From Deltaproteobacteria bacterium (lineage in GTDB: Bacteria > Myxococcota_A > UBA9160 > SMWR01), in the NCBI GenBank assembly GCA_032128375.1, contig JAQBGU010000202.1, positions 1-64,000 of the forward strand: a stretch of 64,000 nucleotides of DNA. The letters run 5' to 3'. Of this stretch, positions 37,476-48,147 are shown piece by piece. The notes under the pieces are model-generated. The model was given only the letters and a program-made list of their open reading frames with translations. It was not told the DNA's origin and did not search any database. The position numbers and the translations under genes are program-made. Each line of letters opens with the position of its first letter. Position 1 is the stretch's first letter.

Positions 37476-38657
37476 TCAGAACAGGCGCCATAGGGACGGT
37501 TCAGGCTTGGCGCTCTTGAAGTCATAGTACCGGCGGCATGCCGGTAGCAGGAGCACGATGCCGAGAATCCAGAACGCGTACATGACGGGCAGACTCGACG
37601 CGCCCGGATACATGAGTCCCATCAACGCGTAGACGTAAAGGTGAGCGACATAGAAGAACAGCGGCGTTCGGCCGAGTGTGAGCAGCGCCTTGCCCTGCTT
37701 TTCGACAAATCGCGGATGAGCGGCCCACAGCGAGAGAAGCACACCGTTGGTTCCGAGACTCAGCAACAGAAATGCGAGGCTAGGTGGGTATTTTGTGACC
37801 GTGAGAAACGCGATCCAACCCTCCCCGGGAGCGGCGTGGTGGGTTCCGAAACCACCGATGGCTCGCACAACCACGAACAACAGCAACAACAAGAGCCCAC
37901 CCGGGCCCGCGAAACGCAGCGCGGCCGCGGGTTTCGCGCGAAGCGCGTGTCCATATGCGATCCCGAGCATGCACACGCCGAACCAGGGCGCGATCGGATA
38001 CATGACGATCAATCGGTCGACGTGTCCGGCAATCAACAGCACGTGGTAGAAGACGGGGTAAACTTCCTGGGCGTGGTCTGCGCTCGGGAGAAGCGCCTGG
38101 CATGCGATCAGCACCCCGAGACCGACCGAAAGGGTCGCGAGCCCGCCCAGGCGCAGAAACAAGCCCGATAGGACCATCGCAGCGCCCAACGCCGACAATA
38201 CGCCGATCGGCAGAATGCCAGGAACTCCGCCACCCGGCATCGGATCCGATTCGCCTGCGGCAATCGCCTCGTACATGCCGATCCCGAACGCGACGTTTAC
38301 CACGAAGACCTCGACGACAATCAAGACCAGGCCGCGTACGACGAAATGCCGCAAGATCTCCCTTTCGCCCCAGCCGCGGTCTCGCCGCGAATGCGCAAAG
38401 AGGTGCATTCCGCAGCCCATCAACAAGAAGAAGCCCGGCGCGCAAAGGTGACTGATGACCCGCGTGAACATGGAAAATGCGTTCGGGTAGGCGGGAAGGG
38501 GGATCCCCCAGTACTCGCCATAGTGTTGCATCGCGATGAACAGGCTGGCGTGATCGAGGGCCATGAAGACCATGATCAAACCCCGTTGCCCATCGAGCGC
38601 GCTCAACCGTACGGAAGTCGATCCTCTCACCTGCCCGGCGTCCACGGCCCTATCCAC
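37476..38657 (-). CDS. DUF1624/HGSNAT-like membrane acyltransferase
   Basis: RL.ALD..RG..M.FMALDH, HLCAPGF, KYPPSL, PLFFYVAH. Confidence 0.82.
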   Translation of the reverse strand: MDRAVDAGQVRGSTSVRLSALDGQRGLIMVFMALDHASLFIAMQHYGEYWGIPLPAYPNAFSMFTRVISHLCAPGFFLLMGCGMHLFAHSRRDRGWGEREILRHFVVRGLVLIVVEVFVVNVAFGIGMYEAIAAGESDPMPGGGVPGILPIGVLSALGAAMVLSGLFLRLGGLATLSVGLGVLIACQALLPSADHAQEVYPVFYHVLLIAGHVDRLIVMYPIAPWFGVCMLGIAYGHALRAKPAAALRFAGPGGLLLLLLFVVVRAIGGFGTHHAAPGEGWIAFLTVTKYPPSLAFLLLSLGTNGVLLSLWAAHPRFVEKQGKALLTLGRTPLFFYVAHLYVYALMGLMYPGASSLPVMYAFWILGIVLLLPACRRYYDFKSAKPEPSLWRLF

Positions 38658-38716
38658 ATCGGTATCGGATAGTCACGGCGCAACGCCCCGTTTTTGGCCC
38701 GAACCCATAGCCAGCA

Positions 38717-40660
38717 CTATCTGGGTAACGCGAACGCCATCAGGTGATCTCCAGGCGGGTTCGGAGCGCCCCAGTGTCCACCAGCCGCGACGACCACGTA
38801 CTGGCGGCCGCCTTCGCGCACTTGGTAGCTCATTGGAACCGAGTTGGCGGACGTGGGCAGGTCGGCCTTCCAGAGCACCTCACCGGTACCCAGATCGTGC
38901 GCCCGGAAAAAATGGTCGAGCGAAGCGCCAATGAACACGAGTCCGCTCGCCGTGACGATGGGGCCTCCGACACCTGGCACCCCTTTGATCCACCAGAACG
39001 GGAAGGGGGCCAGGTTGCGGGTCGTCCCGAGCGGGACACTCCAGCGAATCTTGCCCGCGGCCAGGTCGATTGCGTCAACGGTGGCCCAGGGGGGCGCGGT
39101 GCAGGGCACGCCGAGTGGTGAGGTTACGAGCCCGGTTTCTACGCAATAGGGTGTGCCGGACTGACGCTGCGGCGTGTCGCCGCATTCGTCGCGCGCAATG
39201 AGTTTGGAAGTGGCGGCGAAGCGCCAGGTGACGACCAGCATCACCTGTTCGCCCAGATGAATGGCGGGCGAGCCCCAGTTGTTGCCACCGCCATTGCTCG
39301 GGTACAGAATCGAGCCGCCGAGCGATGGCGGAGTGTAAATGCCGTCATTGCGCAGCGCGTTCAGTTGGTCGCGGCAGACGCCTGTATCCCAGAAACTGAA
39401 ACCCCAGGCGTCGTCCGCGGTGATCGGTGGAAGCAAGTGCGCAATGTGCGAAGGGAAGGGCTGCGTCGGTGAGAGGTACTCACCCGGGACCGGTTGCTGC
39501 GGGACCGGCCGCTCCTCTACCGGGAACACCGGCTCCCCCGTTTCGCGGTGAAGCACGAAGGTCATGCCCATCTTCGTGACCTGCACGACGACTGGGATCG
39601 TCTCACCGTCGAGTCGCAGGTCGATGAGCGTCGGCTGTGCCGGCGTGTCGTAATCCCAAAGATCGTGGTGGACCATCTGGTAATGCCAGACCACCTCGCC
39701 GGTGTCGCCGTTGAGCGCGACCACCGAGCTGGAATAGTGATCGAGACCGTCTCGGTGGCCACCGTAGTAGTCTGGGTTGGTGTTGCCTGTTGGGACAAAC
39801 ACCAAATTGCGTTCTTCGTCGACTGCAATGATCGACCACACGTTGGTTGTGCCACTGCGGTAGCTGCCGTCCTCGTTTACCTCGCCCATCCCCGGCGGGA
39901 TCGGGTTCCAGGCCCAGCGCAATTCGCCCGACCTCACGTCGTAGGCGCGGACTACACCGCTGGGAGCGTCGGTGCGCGTGTTGTCGAGCACCAACGAGCC
40001 GGTGATCGCCATGTCCTTCAGGATCGCCGGCGGTGAGGTAATGCTGTACTCGGCGGGATGGTGCTTCGAGATGCGATGGGTGACATCGACCTCGCCGTCT
40101 CTACCGAAATCAACGCAGCGCTTGCCGGTCTCGGCATCCAGAGCGATCAGTCGCGCATCGAGTGTGCCGACGAAGATGCGGTGTTGACAGACGCCGCCGT
40201 TCCCGGAGCGCCAGCTGCTGACACCGCGGCAGTTCGGAAGGTAGTGGGTATATTTGTCGACCACCGGATCGAAGCGCCACTTCTCTTCTCCGGTCTCGGC
40301 ATCGATTGCGAACACTTTGTCGAACGGCGAGCAGTAGTAAAGCGTGTCATCGATCACGATGGGCGTTGCCTGGAAGCCGTTTGCGCCCAGCGGTGGGCCC
40401 TGTTCACTCGGCCCCCGCGGCTGTCGGATGTCGCCGGAGTGATGCTCCCAAGCCAACTCCAGGAAGCGTACGTTGTCGGGCGTGATTTGCGTGGCGGTGG
40501 AGTAGTGGGCGCCGCCCGGCGCGCCGCCGTAGGCGGTCCATGTTGCCACTTCACCGCCTGCGAAATCCACCGCCGGTGAATCTCGGCAGTTCGTCAGCGA
40601 GACGACGACGATGCTTGCAATCGCGAATCGGGCGATCCTACTTCTCAGGTCCGTCGGCAT
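38717..40660 (-). CDS. PQQ-dependent dehydrogenase (glucose/quinate/shikimate family), lipoprotein-like N-terminus
   Basis: QITP.NV..L..AW, QATP, CRGV, HHDLWDYD.PAQP, PM.Y....RQYVV.AAGGH. Confidence 0.92.
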   Translation of the reverse strand: MPTDLRSRIARFAIASIVVVSLTNCRDSPAVDFAGGEVATWTAYGGAPGGAHYSTATQITPDNVRFLELAWEHHSGDIRQPRGPSEQGPPLGANGFQATPIVIDDTLYYCSPFDKVFAIDAETGEEKWRFDPVVDKYTHYLPNCRGVSSWRSGNGGVCQHRIFVGTLDARLIALDAETGKRCVDFGRDGEVDVTHRISKHHPAEYSITSPPAILKDMAITGSLVLDNTRTDAPSGVVRAYDVRSGELRWAWNPIPPGMGEVNEDGSYRSGTTNVWSIIAVDEERNLVFVPTGNTNPDYYGGHRDGLDHYSSSVVALNGDTGEVVWHYQMVHHDLWDYDTPAQPTLIDLRLDGETIPVVVQVTKMGMTFVLHRETGEPVFPVEERPVPQQPVPGEYLSPTQPFPSHIAHLLPPITADDAWGFSFWDTGVCRDQLNALRNDGIYTPPSLGGSILYPSNGGGNNWGSPAIHLGEQVMLVVTWRFAATSKLIARDECGDTPQRQSGTPYCVETGLVTSPLGVPCTAPPWATVDAIDLAAGKIRWSVPLGTTRNLAPFPFWWIKGVPGVGGPIVTASGLVFIGASLDHFFRAHDLGTGEVLWKADLPTSANSVPMSYQVREGGRQYVVVAAGGHWGAPNPPGDHLMAFALPR

Positions 40661-40750
40661 CGGCAGCTCTCCTTCTGCTCGGCCGCATATCCTACCGCTG
40701 ACCCAATAGATCCCGCCTCCGCGTGAGCATTGTCGAACTCCCCCGCAGGC

Positions 40751-43700
40751 TCAGTTCGGCGGTTCGACCGGAATCGAGACCTGCGCGTGCGGCTTCGGCG
40801 GGGTTCGCAGTGGACGCCACATGGCGCCGGTACAAAAGCACTCCCAACCCCAGCGCAGCCAGCGAAGCAGAGCTTGCGCGAGCCACAACGCCCAGAAGAG
40901 CATCGCGATTCGGTACACGATCACCGGCACGCTGAAGGCCCATACGATTGGCGGACCATTCGAAACTCGATCCTGATACCAATTGAGCACCGTCGAATTC
41001 GAGCCGTTGCCCGAGATCTGCATCTGCGGGGTGCCCAGTAGACCCTCGTGGATCGATAGGTACATCGCGCATAGCGCAGCGAAAGTCAGACCCACCAGCA
41101 GCAGCTGGACGAAATCGAACCACGCACTCGACAGCGTGTCTCCTCGCTCGCTTCGCCACCCGAGCAGCAACAGCCAGGTAACTACGATCGCCGCGCCCTC
41201 GATCGGAATTTGCGTCAGGCCGATCAGCAACAGCAGCCAATGGCGAGCTCGCAGCGGTGACAGGCGCAAGCGTCCCAAGCCAGCCGACACCGCGACCCAC
41301 GTGATGAGCAAGGGCCAGAAGAGCACGGCTGGACCGAGCTGTGCTCCGCCTAGCCCGAGGATCCAACGACCGGCAGATGGAACCAGCTGCACCTCTGCGT
41401 TGACGCTCGCTATGCCCAGCTTGACCTCGGGAGTCTTGTAAAGGAACCCGTCGATGAGTCCGCGCGGCTCCCTCCAGACGAGGTCGATCGTGCGCTTTCC
41501 CGGCAGCAGCGGAAGAACCACGTTGCGGCCCTCCTGCCGGATCGGCTGGTCTTCGCCATCGATCGATACCGCTCTGAGCTCGGCATCCCCCGATAGTCCG
41601 ATGGTGTGTTGGCCCCCGCGGCTGCTGCGCATGTCCAACCGCAGCGTTGCGTCAGTCGAGCGCAAGCCGGGGGTCACCGTCAGCTGGCTCGCATCGATCG
41701 TGACTGTCGCACCGCCAACGCCCGCGGGTCGTTCGATGTCGAGAACGACCTCCTCCGAGGGCCAGGGGCGCCACTCCCGCACACGCGCGCCGAGATTTGT
41801 GGTGGCGTGAATCGGCGGAATTCCGTGTGCTTCGACATGCCAGATCGGGCTGACATCGAGCCGCCAGACCTCGGTGATCGGAAGCGATTGCGCGGCCCGC
41901 AGTTCGAGCGGCGACTGTTCTTCGAGTTCCGACTGCCATGCAGCCTGCACTGAGCCGGGTTGCAGGCTGACGAGCGCGCGACCGTCGCGCACCCGAATGT
42001 GTCCGCTGGTCACCGACTCGCCCGGGAGCAGCGGAATTTCTGTGACGACGGCCGTGTCGGAGGGAGTCAGTCGACGGACCTGCGTGTCCAGCGTCCAGTC
42101 GAGCCCCAACACGAGCGTCCGGCGGACTTCCAGCAGCGGCGGTAGCTCGCCCGGATCGAGCCGGGCCGAGGCCGTCTGTTCGTTGCGCGTGATCTGCAGC
42201 GTCGATTCGGCGAGACCATCCTCGCGCAAGCCGTTGATTTCCCAACCTGAAGCGACTGCGGTGACATGGTGTGGCTGGAGTGGAAAGGGTAGGTCGAAGT
42301 TGTTGCGATCGGGCAGCCACCCGCGAGCGATGACCTCGTGCCGACCTTCGGAGAGTTCGACCCACAAGATTCCCTGCGGGTCGCGCAGCATTCCAGTGGC
42401 GGGTTCGCCATTGACCGATACTCGAGCCGGGCGGAAACTCTTCGCACCACCCGGTAGTGGAATCGCCGTACGAGCGGCGGCATCGACCGTGAGGCGCAGC
42501 GTCAACATCGAGTCGGCGATGTCGATGAAAAGTTTCGAGATCGTCGCGCAATCGGGGTAGCACTCCGGTTTTTCGAGTAACCCCGCGCGGAGCTGTGAGA
42601 GCATGGCCTCGGAGGGGATATCCGCTGTGCGAGCCGCCGGTGCAATCGACACGAGCACTGCGATAACAACAGCGGCTACACCTCGCCGCAGCCACGGCGC
42701 AAGCGGACTGCTTCGCCCTCCAGGAGCGATATCGAGAAAACGCAACACGAGCACCGTGAGCAGCGCGACCCGCAAGAAACCGAGGATCGATACCATTCGG
42801 GGCGGTACGACAATGAAGTCCAGCGGCTGATCGCGTCCGACCGGTCCACTCCACAGCAGCTCGATTCGCTGCCAAGTCCAGCTCGGAACACCGGGGCCTG
42901 TCGTGATGTGTGCGTTCGGATCTTGCGCATAGCGTCCAAAATTCTGAATCAAGTCGTCGTATCCGGCTGACCCCAAGGCGAGTTGCGCCACTTTTTCTGT
43001 GCGCTCTTCATCGACGAACCCAAGTGCCCCAAGTTTCTTCGCTTCATCCAATTCGATCGAGGCTCGCAACTCGGATGGCGCGAAGAGGTTCTGCGAAAAT
43101 CCGCCTGGGCCAATCGAGTCCACTCGTTCAAGGGCGGGATGCATCGCGATCCGGACCTGGCCGACGGCGAACGGAAGTGACACGTAAAGCAGGCCGGCAA
43201 GCGCAAGCCAGCGAAAGATTCGAATGCTCAGCGCGAAGCGTCCTTCTGGCAGCGCGCGACGCAGAGCTTCGCCAACCAGAGCTCCGATCCAGATCCAGCG
43301 CGGCGCATGCGGTTCGGTGTAGGCGAGTGCCAGGGCCGCCAATGCCAGGGCTCCCCAGACGAATCCCCAGAGCCGGAACGAAGCGATCGCCGCCACGAGT
43401 ACGACGAACAAATCCAGCAGCGTCCAGCGGTTCAACCAGGTCGTCGACGCGCTGTCGACACCGCTCGCGTGGAGGATTTTCCATCCTGGGGGGAGCCAGA
43501 GTTCGCCGCTGAGGCCTTGAAAATCGTGGTCCCAGCTCACAGCCGAAAGGTTCGCGCGATCGGGGACACGGCCTTCGGCAGTCAGTGCGACTGGGCCTAG
43601 CGGCACCTCGACCCCCGCGTGCTTCGAAGCTTCGAGCTTCGTAATGAACTGGTCCTTCTCGTCGAGCGTCACGCGGCCCAGATCGAAATCGGATTTCGTT

Positions 43701-44956
43701 TCCAACCGCGTACTGCGTCGGATGTTTCCCCCGATCCGGTCCACTACGGTGTACCCAGACCCATCGAAATCGAGCCACCAGGTGCGCGATAGCCGCAAGT
43801 CGTCGGCGGCGGGGTCTTCGTCACCGCGCCGCCGCTGCGTCAATTCGAGCCGAGCCCCTGGTCCCATCAAGTAGCTGGGAAGCTGCTTCCATTCGGCTGG
43901 AATCGTCGTCTGATTCGGATCGATGATGGGAGCGCCACCCACATCGACCAGCCGCAGATGTGGACGCGCCTCGAAGACCCAGATCTCTTCGGTCGTCCAA
44001 ACAGCGCCTTCTTCCTGCGTCGGGACGCTGAGGCTATCGATTGGGCCAGCGTGGCGCGCGTTGAGATTCAGCGTCCAATGGCCTGGGCGTAGCTGGACAC
44101 GCAAGCGCCCATCGGGGTCCAAGCGGGCGGGTAACGGCCCGGAGAGCGACATCGGAATGAAGCCGTCCGGCAGTGCTTTTCCCAGTACGGCCTCGCGGCT
44201 GGCGCCCGCGACGCGCAGATCAACTCGTGTGTCCATTCGAAGCGGGATCTCGTCGATCACGCGTCGCTGAATGACGATTTCCAGCCGATCGGCTGCGTCG
44301 CCGGGACTGTTCGTTCGGGGTTCGAGCCACAGGCGATTCGCGGCGTCGCGGTTGGGAAACGGAACCGGCCGGCCGCGCAACGCGAGTCGAACAATGCCAG
44401 TCTCCGATGGAATCGCCAGCAGTTCGGGCATCGTGTTCCAGCGGAAGCGCCCATCAACCTCGTGTGTGCCTGGGTGGAGAAGCACGCTGGGCTGCCCGTG
44501 CAAGAGCGCTACCGGAGCCGGGCGCCCGTCGATGCTTACTTCATGCGGCCATTGTTTGGCATCGCCGGGCAGAGGAACTTGTGCAGCTGCATACAGTTTC
44601 CAGCTTTGATTGAACCGGCCGCCCGACCCGTCGAGTTCGAGCTGGAGCTTCGCTGGCCAGACGCAACCGAGATCGACTGAACCCGTTGTCCCGTTGAGAA
44701 ACGGGCACCGCTCCTTTTCGTGCCCATGAAGCACCCACTCGGTCCACGGCCGCAGGACTTCGGGGATTTCTTCGGGCGTCAGAGGTGCGGCGTTCGCCTG
44801 TAGTGCAAATGAAAGTGCAAATGAAAGTGCGAATGAGGGTGCGAATGAAAGTGCGAATGAGAGTGCGAATAGCCGTGCGAACTGGAGTGCCCATGAGTGT
44901 GCCGGAACCAGCAGGCAGATGGCCTGTTGGCAACGCCACACAGCGAGTCGATCCAC
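40751..44956 (-). CDS. Large conserved hypothetical membrane protein made of two homologous modules
   Basis: 1401-aa ORF with signal peptide, two beta-rich extracytoplasmic regions each followed by TM bundles; start uncertain. Confidence 0.8.
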   Translation of the reverse strand: MDRLAVWRCQQAICLLVPAHSWALQFARLFALSFALSFAPSFALSFALSFALQANAAPLTPEEIPEVLRPWTEWVLHGHEKERCPFLNGTTGSVDLGCVWPAKLQLELDGSGGRFNQSWKLYAAAQVPLPGDAKQWPHEVSIDGRPAPVALLHGQPSVLLHPGTHEVDGRFRWNTMPELLAIPSETGIVRLALRGRPVPFPNRDAANRLWLEPRTNSPGDAADRLEIVIQRRVIDEIPLRMDTRVDLRVAGASREAVLGKALPDGFIPMSLSGPLPARLDPDGRLRVQLRPGHWTLNLNARHAGPIDSLSVPTQEEGAVWTTEEIWVFEARPHLRLVDVGGAPIIDPNQTTIPAEWKQLPSYLMGPGARLELTQRRRGDEDPAADDLRLSRTWWLDFDGSGYTVVDRIGGNIRRSTRLETKSDFDLGRVTLDEKDQFITKLEASKHAGVEVPLGPVALTAEGRVPDRANLSAVSWDHDFQGLSGELWLPPGWKILHASGVDSASTTWLNRWTLLDLFVVLVAAIASFRLWGFVWGALALAALALAYTEPHAPRWIWIGALVGEALRRALPEGRFALSIRIFRWLALAGLLYVSLPFAVGQVRIAMHPALERVDSIGPGGFSQNLFAPSELRASIELDEAKKLGALGFVDEERTEKVAQLALGSAGYDDLIQNFGRYAQDPNAHITTGPGVPSWTWQRIELLWSGPVGRDQPLDFIVVPPRMVSILGFLRVALLTVLVLRFLDIAPGGRSSPLAPWLRRGVAAVVIAVLVSIAPAARTADIPSEAMLSQLRAGLLEKPECYPDCATISKLFIDIADSMLTLRLTVDAAARTAIPLPGGAKSFRPARVSVNGEPATGMLRDPQGILWVELSEGRHEVIARGWLPDRNNFDLPFPLQPHHVTAVASGWEINGLREDGLAESTLQITRNEQTASARLDPGELPPLLEVRRTLVLGLDWTLDTQVRRLTPSDTAVVTEIPLLPGESVTSGHIRVRDGRALVSLQPGSVQAAWQSELEEQSPLELRAAQSLPITEVWRLDVSPIWHVEAHGIPPIHATTNLGARVREWRPWPSEEVVLDIERPAGVGGATVTIDASQLTVTPGLRSTDATLRLDMRSSRGGQHTIGLSGDAELRAVSIDGEDQPIRQEGRNVVLPLLPGKRTIDLVWREPRGLIDGFLYKTPEVKLGIASVNAEVQLVPSAGRWILGLGGAQLGPAVLFWPLLITWVAVSAGLGRLRLSPLRARHWLLLLIGLTQIPIEGAAIVVTWLLLLGWRSERGDTLSSAWFDFVQLLLVGLTFAALCAMYLSIHEGLLGTPQMQISGNGSNSTVLNWYQDRVSNGPPIVWAFSVPVIVYRIAMLFWALWLAQALLRWLRWGWECFCTGAMWRPLRTPPKPHAQVSIPVEPPN
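44804..44890. repeat. 12-nt tandem repeat (TGCRAATGARAG)~7 encoding FA(L/P)S in the signal peptide
   Basis: Read directly. Confidence 0.9.
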
Positions 44957-45056
44957 GGTTCCCCCCCCTTCGATCAGCTCATCGGAGAGTCGCCCCGACC
45001 TGGTTAGACGATACCGGCCCGGAGAACGCCGGCGAACGAACCCAGTGCGCGAATCG

Positions 45057-46862
45057 TCAGGCGCGCGCGCCGGCTCCGCGAACCAGTCTCCCGGGACGGG
45101 CCCCCGTGTCCTCGTCGCGGCGCCTTGTCACGCTGCCGTTCAAGATCGTCGCTTCGTATCCTGAGATTTTCTGCAGCAGCCGAGCGCCGTTAGCGGGCAG
45201 ATCGTTGTGCGAAACGGGGACCTCGACCGCAAGACCATCGAGATTGATGACGTTGAGGTCTGCGCGCATGCCGACCTCGAGGCTGCCGCGATCATGCATG
45301 CCGTAGAGGCGCGCATTGCGGCGCGTCTGTTTCTCGATGATGAACTCGAGCGGCAGCCCTTCGCCCCGCATCCGCCCACCGCCCCAGAGCTTGAGCTGGG
45401 TCGTCGGCATCGAACCGTCGCTGATCAGGTTCACATGCGCGCCGGCGTCAGCGAGGCCTGTCACGGTTTCAGGATGCGCGAGCATCTCGCGTACCGCGCC
45501 GAGATTTCCATCGTGATAGTTCGTGCCCATCGCCATCGCGAAGTTCTTGCCGGCGTTCTCAGTCAGGTAGTCGTAGAGGACTTCCTCGACGGGCTTGCCT
45601 TCGCGAGTCGCGCGTGCGCCGAGCGTCTGATCCGGCGTTGGTTCATAGTCGTAGCCTTCGGGCATCATGAACAGACCCGCCGCCTGAAGCCGGAATACGA
45701 CTGCCAGGGCTTGCATCGACCCGGGGTTCGCGACTTCGACATCGCAGTCGGCCAAAACACGTCGCTTGAGCTCCGGATCGCGCATTCGAGCAGCTCGCTC
45801 ACCTAGAGGGAGCGCCGCCAACTCGTCGATGTAGATCCGGCGATTCATGAAGCCGTGGTAGCCGGAAAGTCCGGACAGCAACCCGACCTGCCGTGACGCG
45901 ACTTGTGGATGTAAGCGAGCGCCGTTGGCGTTCTGTTCGCTCGCGAACCCCAGTATTTCTCGCCACTGCTCGGGATGATCGGCCGTCTGTACTGTCGTGA
46001 AGGTCACCGGAAGGCCGCTCGCAAGCGAGAGTGACGCGAGAAGCTGCATCTCCTGCTGTGCGGTGAAGCGCTCGCCGCCGAGAAACAGCATGTCGCCGAT
46101 CGATGAGGATGAGATGGCTTCGACGACAGCGGCACCGCCGGCGGCCGCACCCTGGGCGATGGCGGTCAACTCTGCGACACTCGCGTAGGTGCCGGGAATC
46201 GCCTCGCCATTGATGGAGCGATGGAAGATCGTGCGCGAAGTGGAGAAGCCCATCGCGCCGGCGCGTGCAGCTGATTCGGCCAGTCGGCGCATCTCAGCGA
46301 TATCCTGCGGCGTTGCATCCTCGTGTCGTACCGCGCGGTCGCGCATGACCTGGAAGCGCAGCGCGCTGTGTGGAAGCTGTGTGCCGAAATCAACGGCGTA
46401 CTCGCGCTCGCCGATCCAGTCCAGATATTCCTCGAAGCTCTCCCATTCGCCCCAGGGCACACCCTCGGCCAACGCCGTACCGGGAATGTCCTCGACGCCT
46501 TCCATCACGTCGATCAGTGTCTGGTGTTCGCCCTTCGGGCAAGGCGCAAAGCCGACGCCGCAGTTCCCCATGATGAGGGTCGTGGCGCCGTTACTGAACG
46601 ATGGATCGAGCGCGTCATCCCAGGTCACGTGGCCGTCGTAGTGGGTATGCACGTCGACCCATCCGGGCACGACGATCGCGCCATCGGCGTCGATGACCTC
46701 TGCACCGGGAGCATCGATCCGGCCGCCCACGGCCACGATCGTGTTGCCCGAGATCGCGAGGTCGCCAGCGATCGGCGTGGCACCGGTGCCGTCGACCAGG
46801 GTGCCGCCTCGCACGACGAGGTCGATCGAATTGGATGAGTTCGGTTGCGCCTTGCGTGCCAT
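45057..46862 (-). CDS. N-acyl-D-amino-acid deacylase family amidohydrolase
   Basis: PG.VDVHTHYD, GNCGVGFAP, DAGAH, RPGRLVR; AGGAGG RBS. Confidence 0.9.
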   Translation of the reverse strand: MARKAQPNSSNSIDLVVRGGTLVDGTGATPIAGDLAISGNTIVAVGGRIDAPGAEVIDADGAIVVPGWVDVHTHYDGHVTWDDALDPSFSNGATTLIMGNCGVGFAPCPKGEHQTLIDVMEGVEDIPGTALAEGVPWGEWESFEEYLDWIGEREYAVDFGTQLPHSALRFQVMRDRAVRHEDATPQDIAEMRRLAESAARAGAMGFSTSRTIFHRSINGEAIPGTYASVAELTAIAQGAAAGGAAVVEAISSSSIGDMLFLGGERFTAQQEMQLLASLSLASGLPVTFTTVQTADHPEQWREILGFASEQNANGARLHPQVASRQVGLLSGLSGYHGFMNRRIYIDELAALPLGERAARMRDPELKRRVLADCDVEVANPGSMQALAVVFRLQAAGLFMMPEGYDYEPTPDQTLGARATREGKPVEEVLYDYLTENAGKNFAMAMGTNYHDGNLGAVREMLAHPETVTGLADAGAHVNLISDGSMPTTQLKLWGGGRMRGEGLPLEFIIEKQTRRNARLYGMHDRGSLEVGMRADLNVINLDGLAVEVPVSHNDLPANGARLLQKISGYEATILNGSVTRRRDEDTGARPGRLVRGAGARA

Positions 46863-47075
46863 CAGCCGCCTCCTTGCGTGGGCGGACAAGATAGCCACTT
46901 CGGACCCGCTTGCTGATCCAGCGGGGGCAACTCCAGTACCGCGCCAACGAGAATGGGCTCGGCTGGGGCCAAAATTCCGTTTCACGGCCGATCAAGTCAG
47001 GTTCGAACGATTCAAGATCCAGAACCGCCTACGATTGACCGGGTTGCGGAGAACAAACCCGCCCGGGCGGCTGAT

Positions 47076-47804
47076 TCAGAAATCGACTCGGATCGCTGCG
47101 CCCATGCCGGTCGGAATCAGCGAGACCTGCCATTCATCGGGCTTTGCGATGCCAGCGAACTTCTGCTGGTAGTCGCTCAGGTTCGAGGCTGCAGCCTTGG
47201 GCGATGAGAAGATCATCACTTCGCCGACCACGACACCGACGGCGGTAGAGATCAACGCATCCTCCCAATCCCCGAAACCCGCGACGAATGCCCCGCCAAC
47301 CAGGTTCAGCGCGACGCTGCCTACGTGGCGTTCCCAGCGAAGTCGTTTCTGGGCGCGCTCCGAAACGCGCGTCAGCTGCGATTCACCTACTGCAAGTCGC
47401 TGCAGCTTGGCGCTGCGATCGTCTCCACTGATCGCACGCATCGGGTCCGCTCCGAGCCGACCCGGATGCGGGTCCCACAGCATCCGCGCGGTACCGATCA
47501 CCGCCTTCGAAGCGGTGACGATGCTGTTGACGCGCGTGTCGTTCTTGCTGGTCGTCGCTGCTTGCGCGACCCCGATGCCGATTCCGAGCGTGTATCCGCT
47601 CGTCCAACCGTATTGCCAGAACTTGGAATACCCGGCGGTTGCGTCGAGCGTCGCTGTCAGCCACGCGCTGCGTTGATCGAGTTCGGCGTCGCTCAACGTT
47701 TCCGGACTTGTTGTGATTCCCGTGCCGGACGGGTCGGCCGCAGAAGCGGAGATGCACCAGAACATCAATGCAACGACGCAGACACTTTTCGCGAGTGCTC
47801 TCAC
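47076..47804 (-). CDS. Hypothetical exported/membrane protein
   Basis: Signal peptide (..SASA/A), GGAGG RBS, C-terminal beta-strand ending in F. Confidence 0.7.
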   Translation of the reverse strand: MRALAKSVCVVALMFWCISASAADPSGTGITTSPETLSDAELDQRSAWLTATLDATAGYSKFWQYGWTSGYTLGIGIGVAQAATTSKNDTRVNSIVTASKAVIGTARMLWDPHPGRLGADPMRAISGDDRSAKLQRLAVGESQLTRVSERAQKRLRWERHVGSVALNLVGGAFVAGFGDWEDALISTAVGVVVGEVMIFSSPKAAASNLSDYQQKFAGIAKPDEWQVSLIPTGMGAAIRVDF

Positions 47805-48147
47805 TTGAGCAGTCCTCCACGGAGGTCTCCGTCAGATCGGAAACCGCGATTCGAGATTCAGACCAAACTGGGGGGCGCCGGAGCGCTTCCAATCCTATCG
47901 AATGCGCACTGGTTTGGAGTGTGCGGATTATCCTTTGGGCGGCGATGAATCGATCAGGCAATGTATCGGATACCCCTCAGCTCCCTGAATGGAATTTGAC
48001 TTCCCTCCAACCGATGCCGCCAGATAACCAACGGTTCGCCGCCGATCGTGCTCTCAGATTTCGCGCTTGCCGGTGCGAGATTGGTGGGCGTTTTGGTTCG
48101 TGGCTAGCGTCCCAAAGCCGAATCCTATCGTTGCCTCGAAGGAATCC

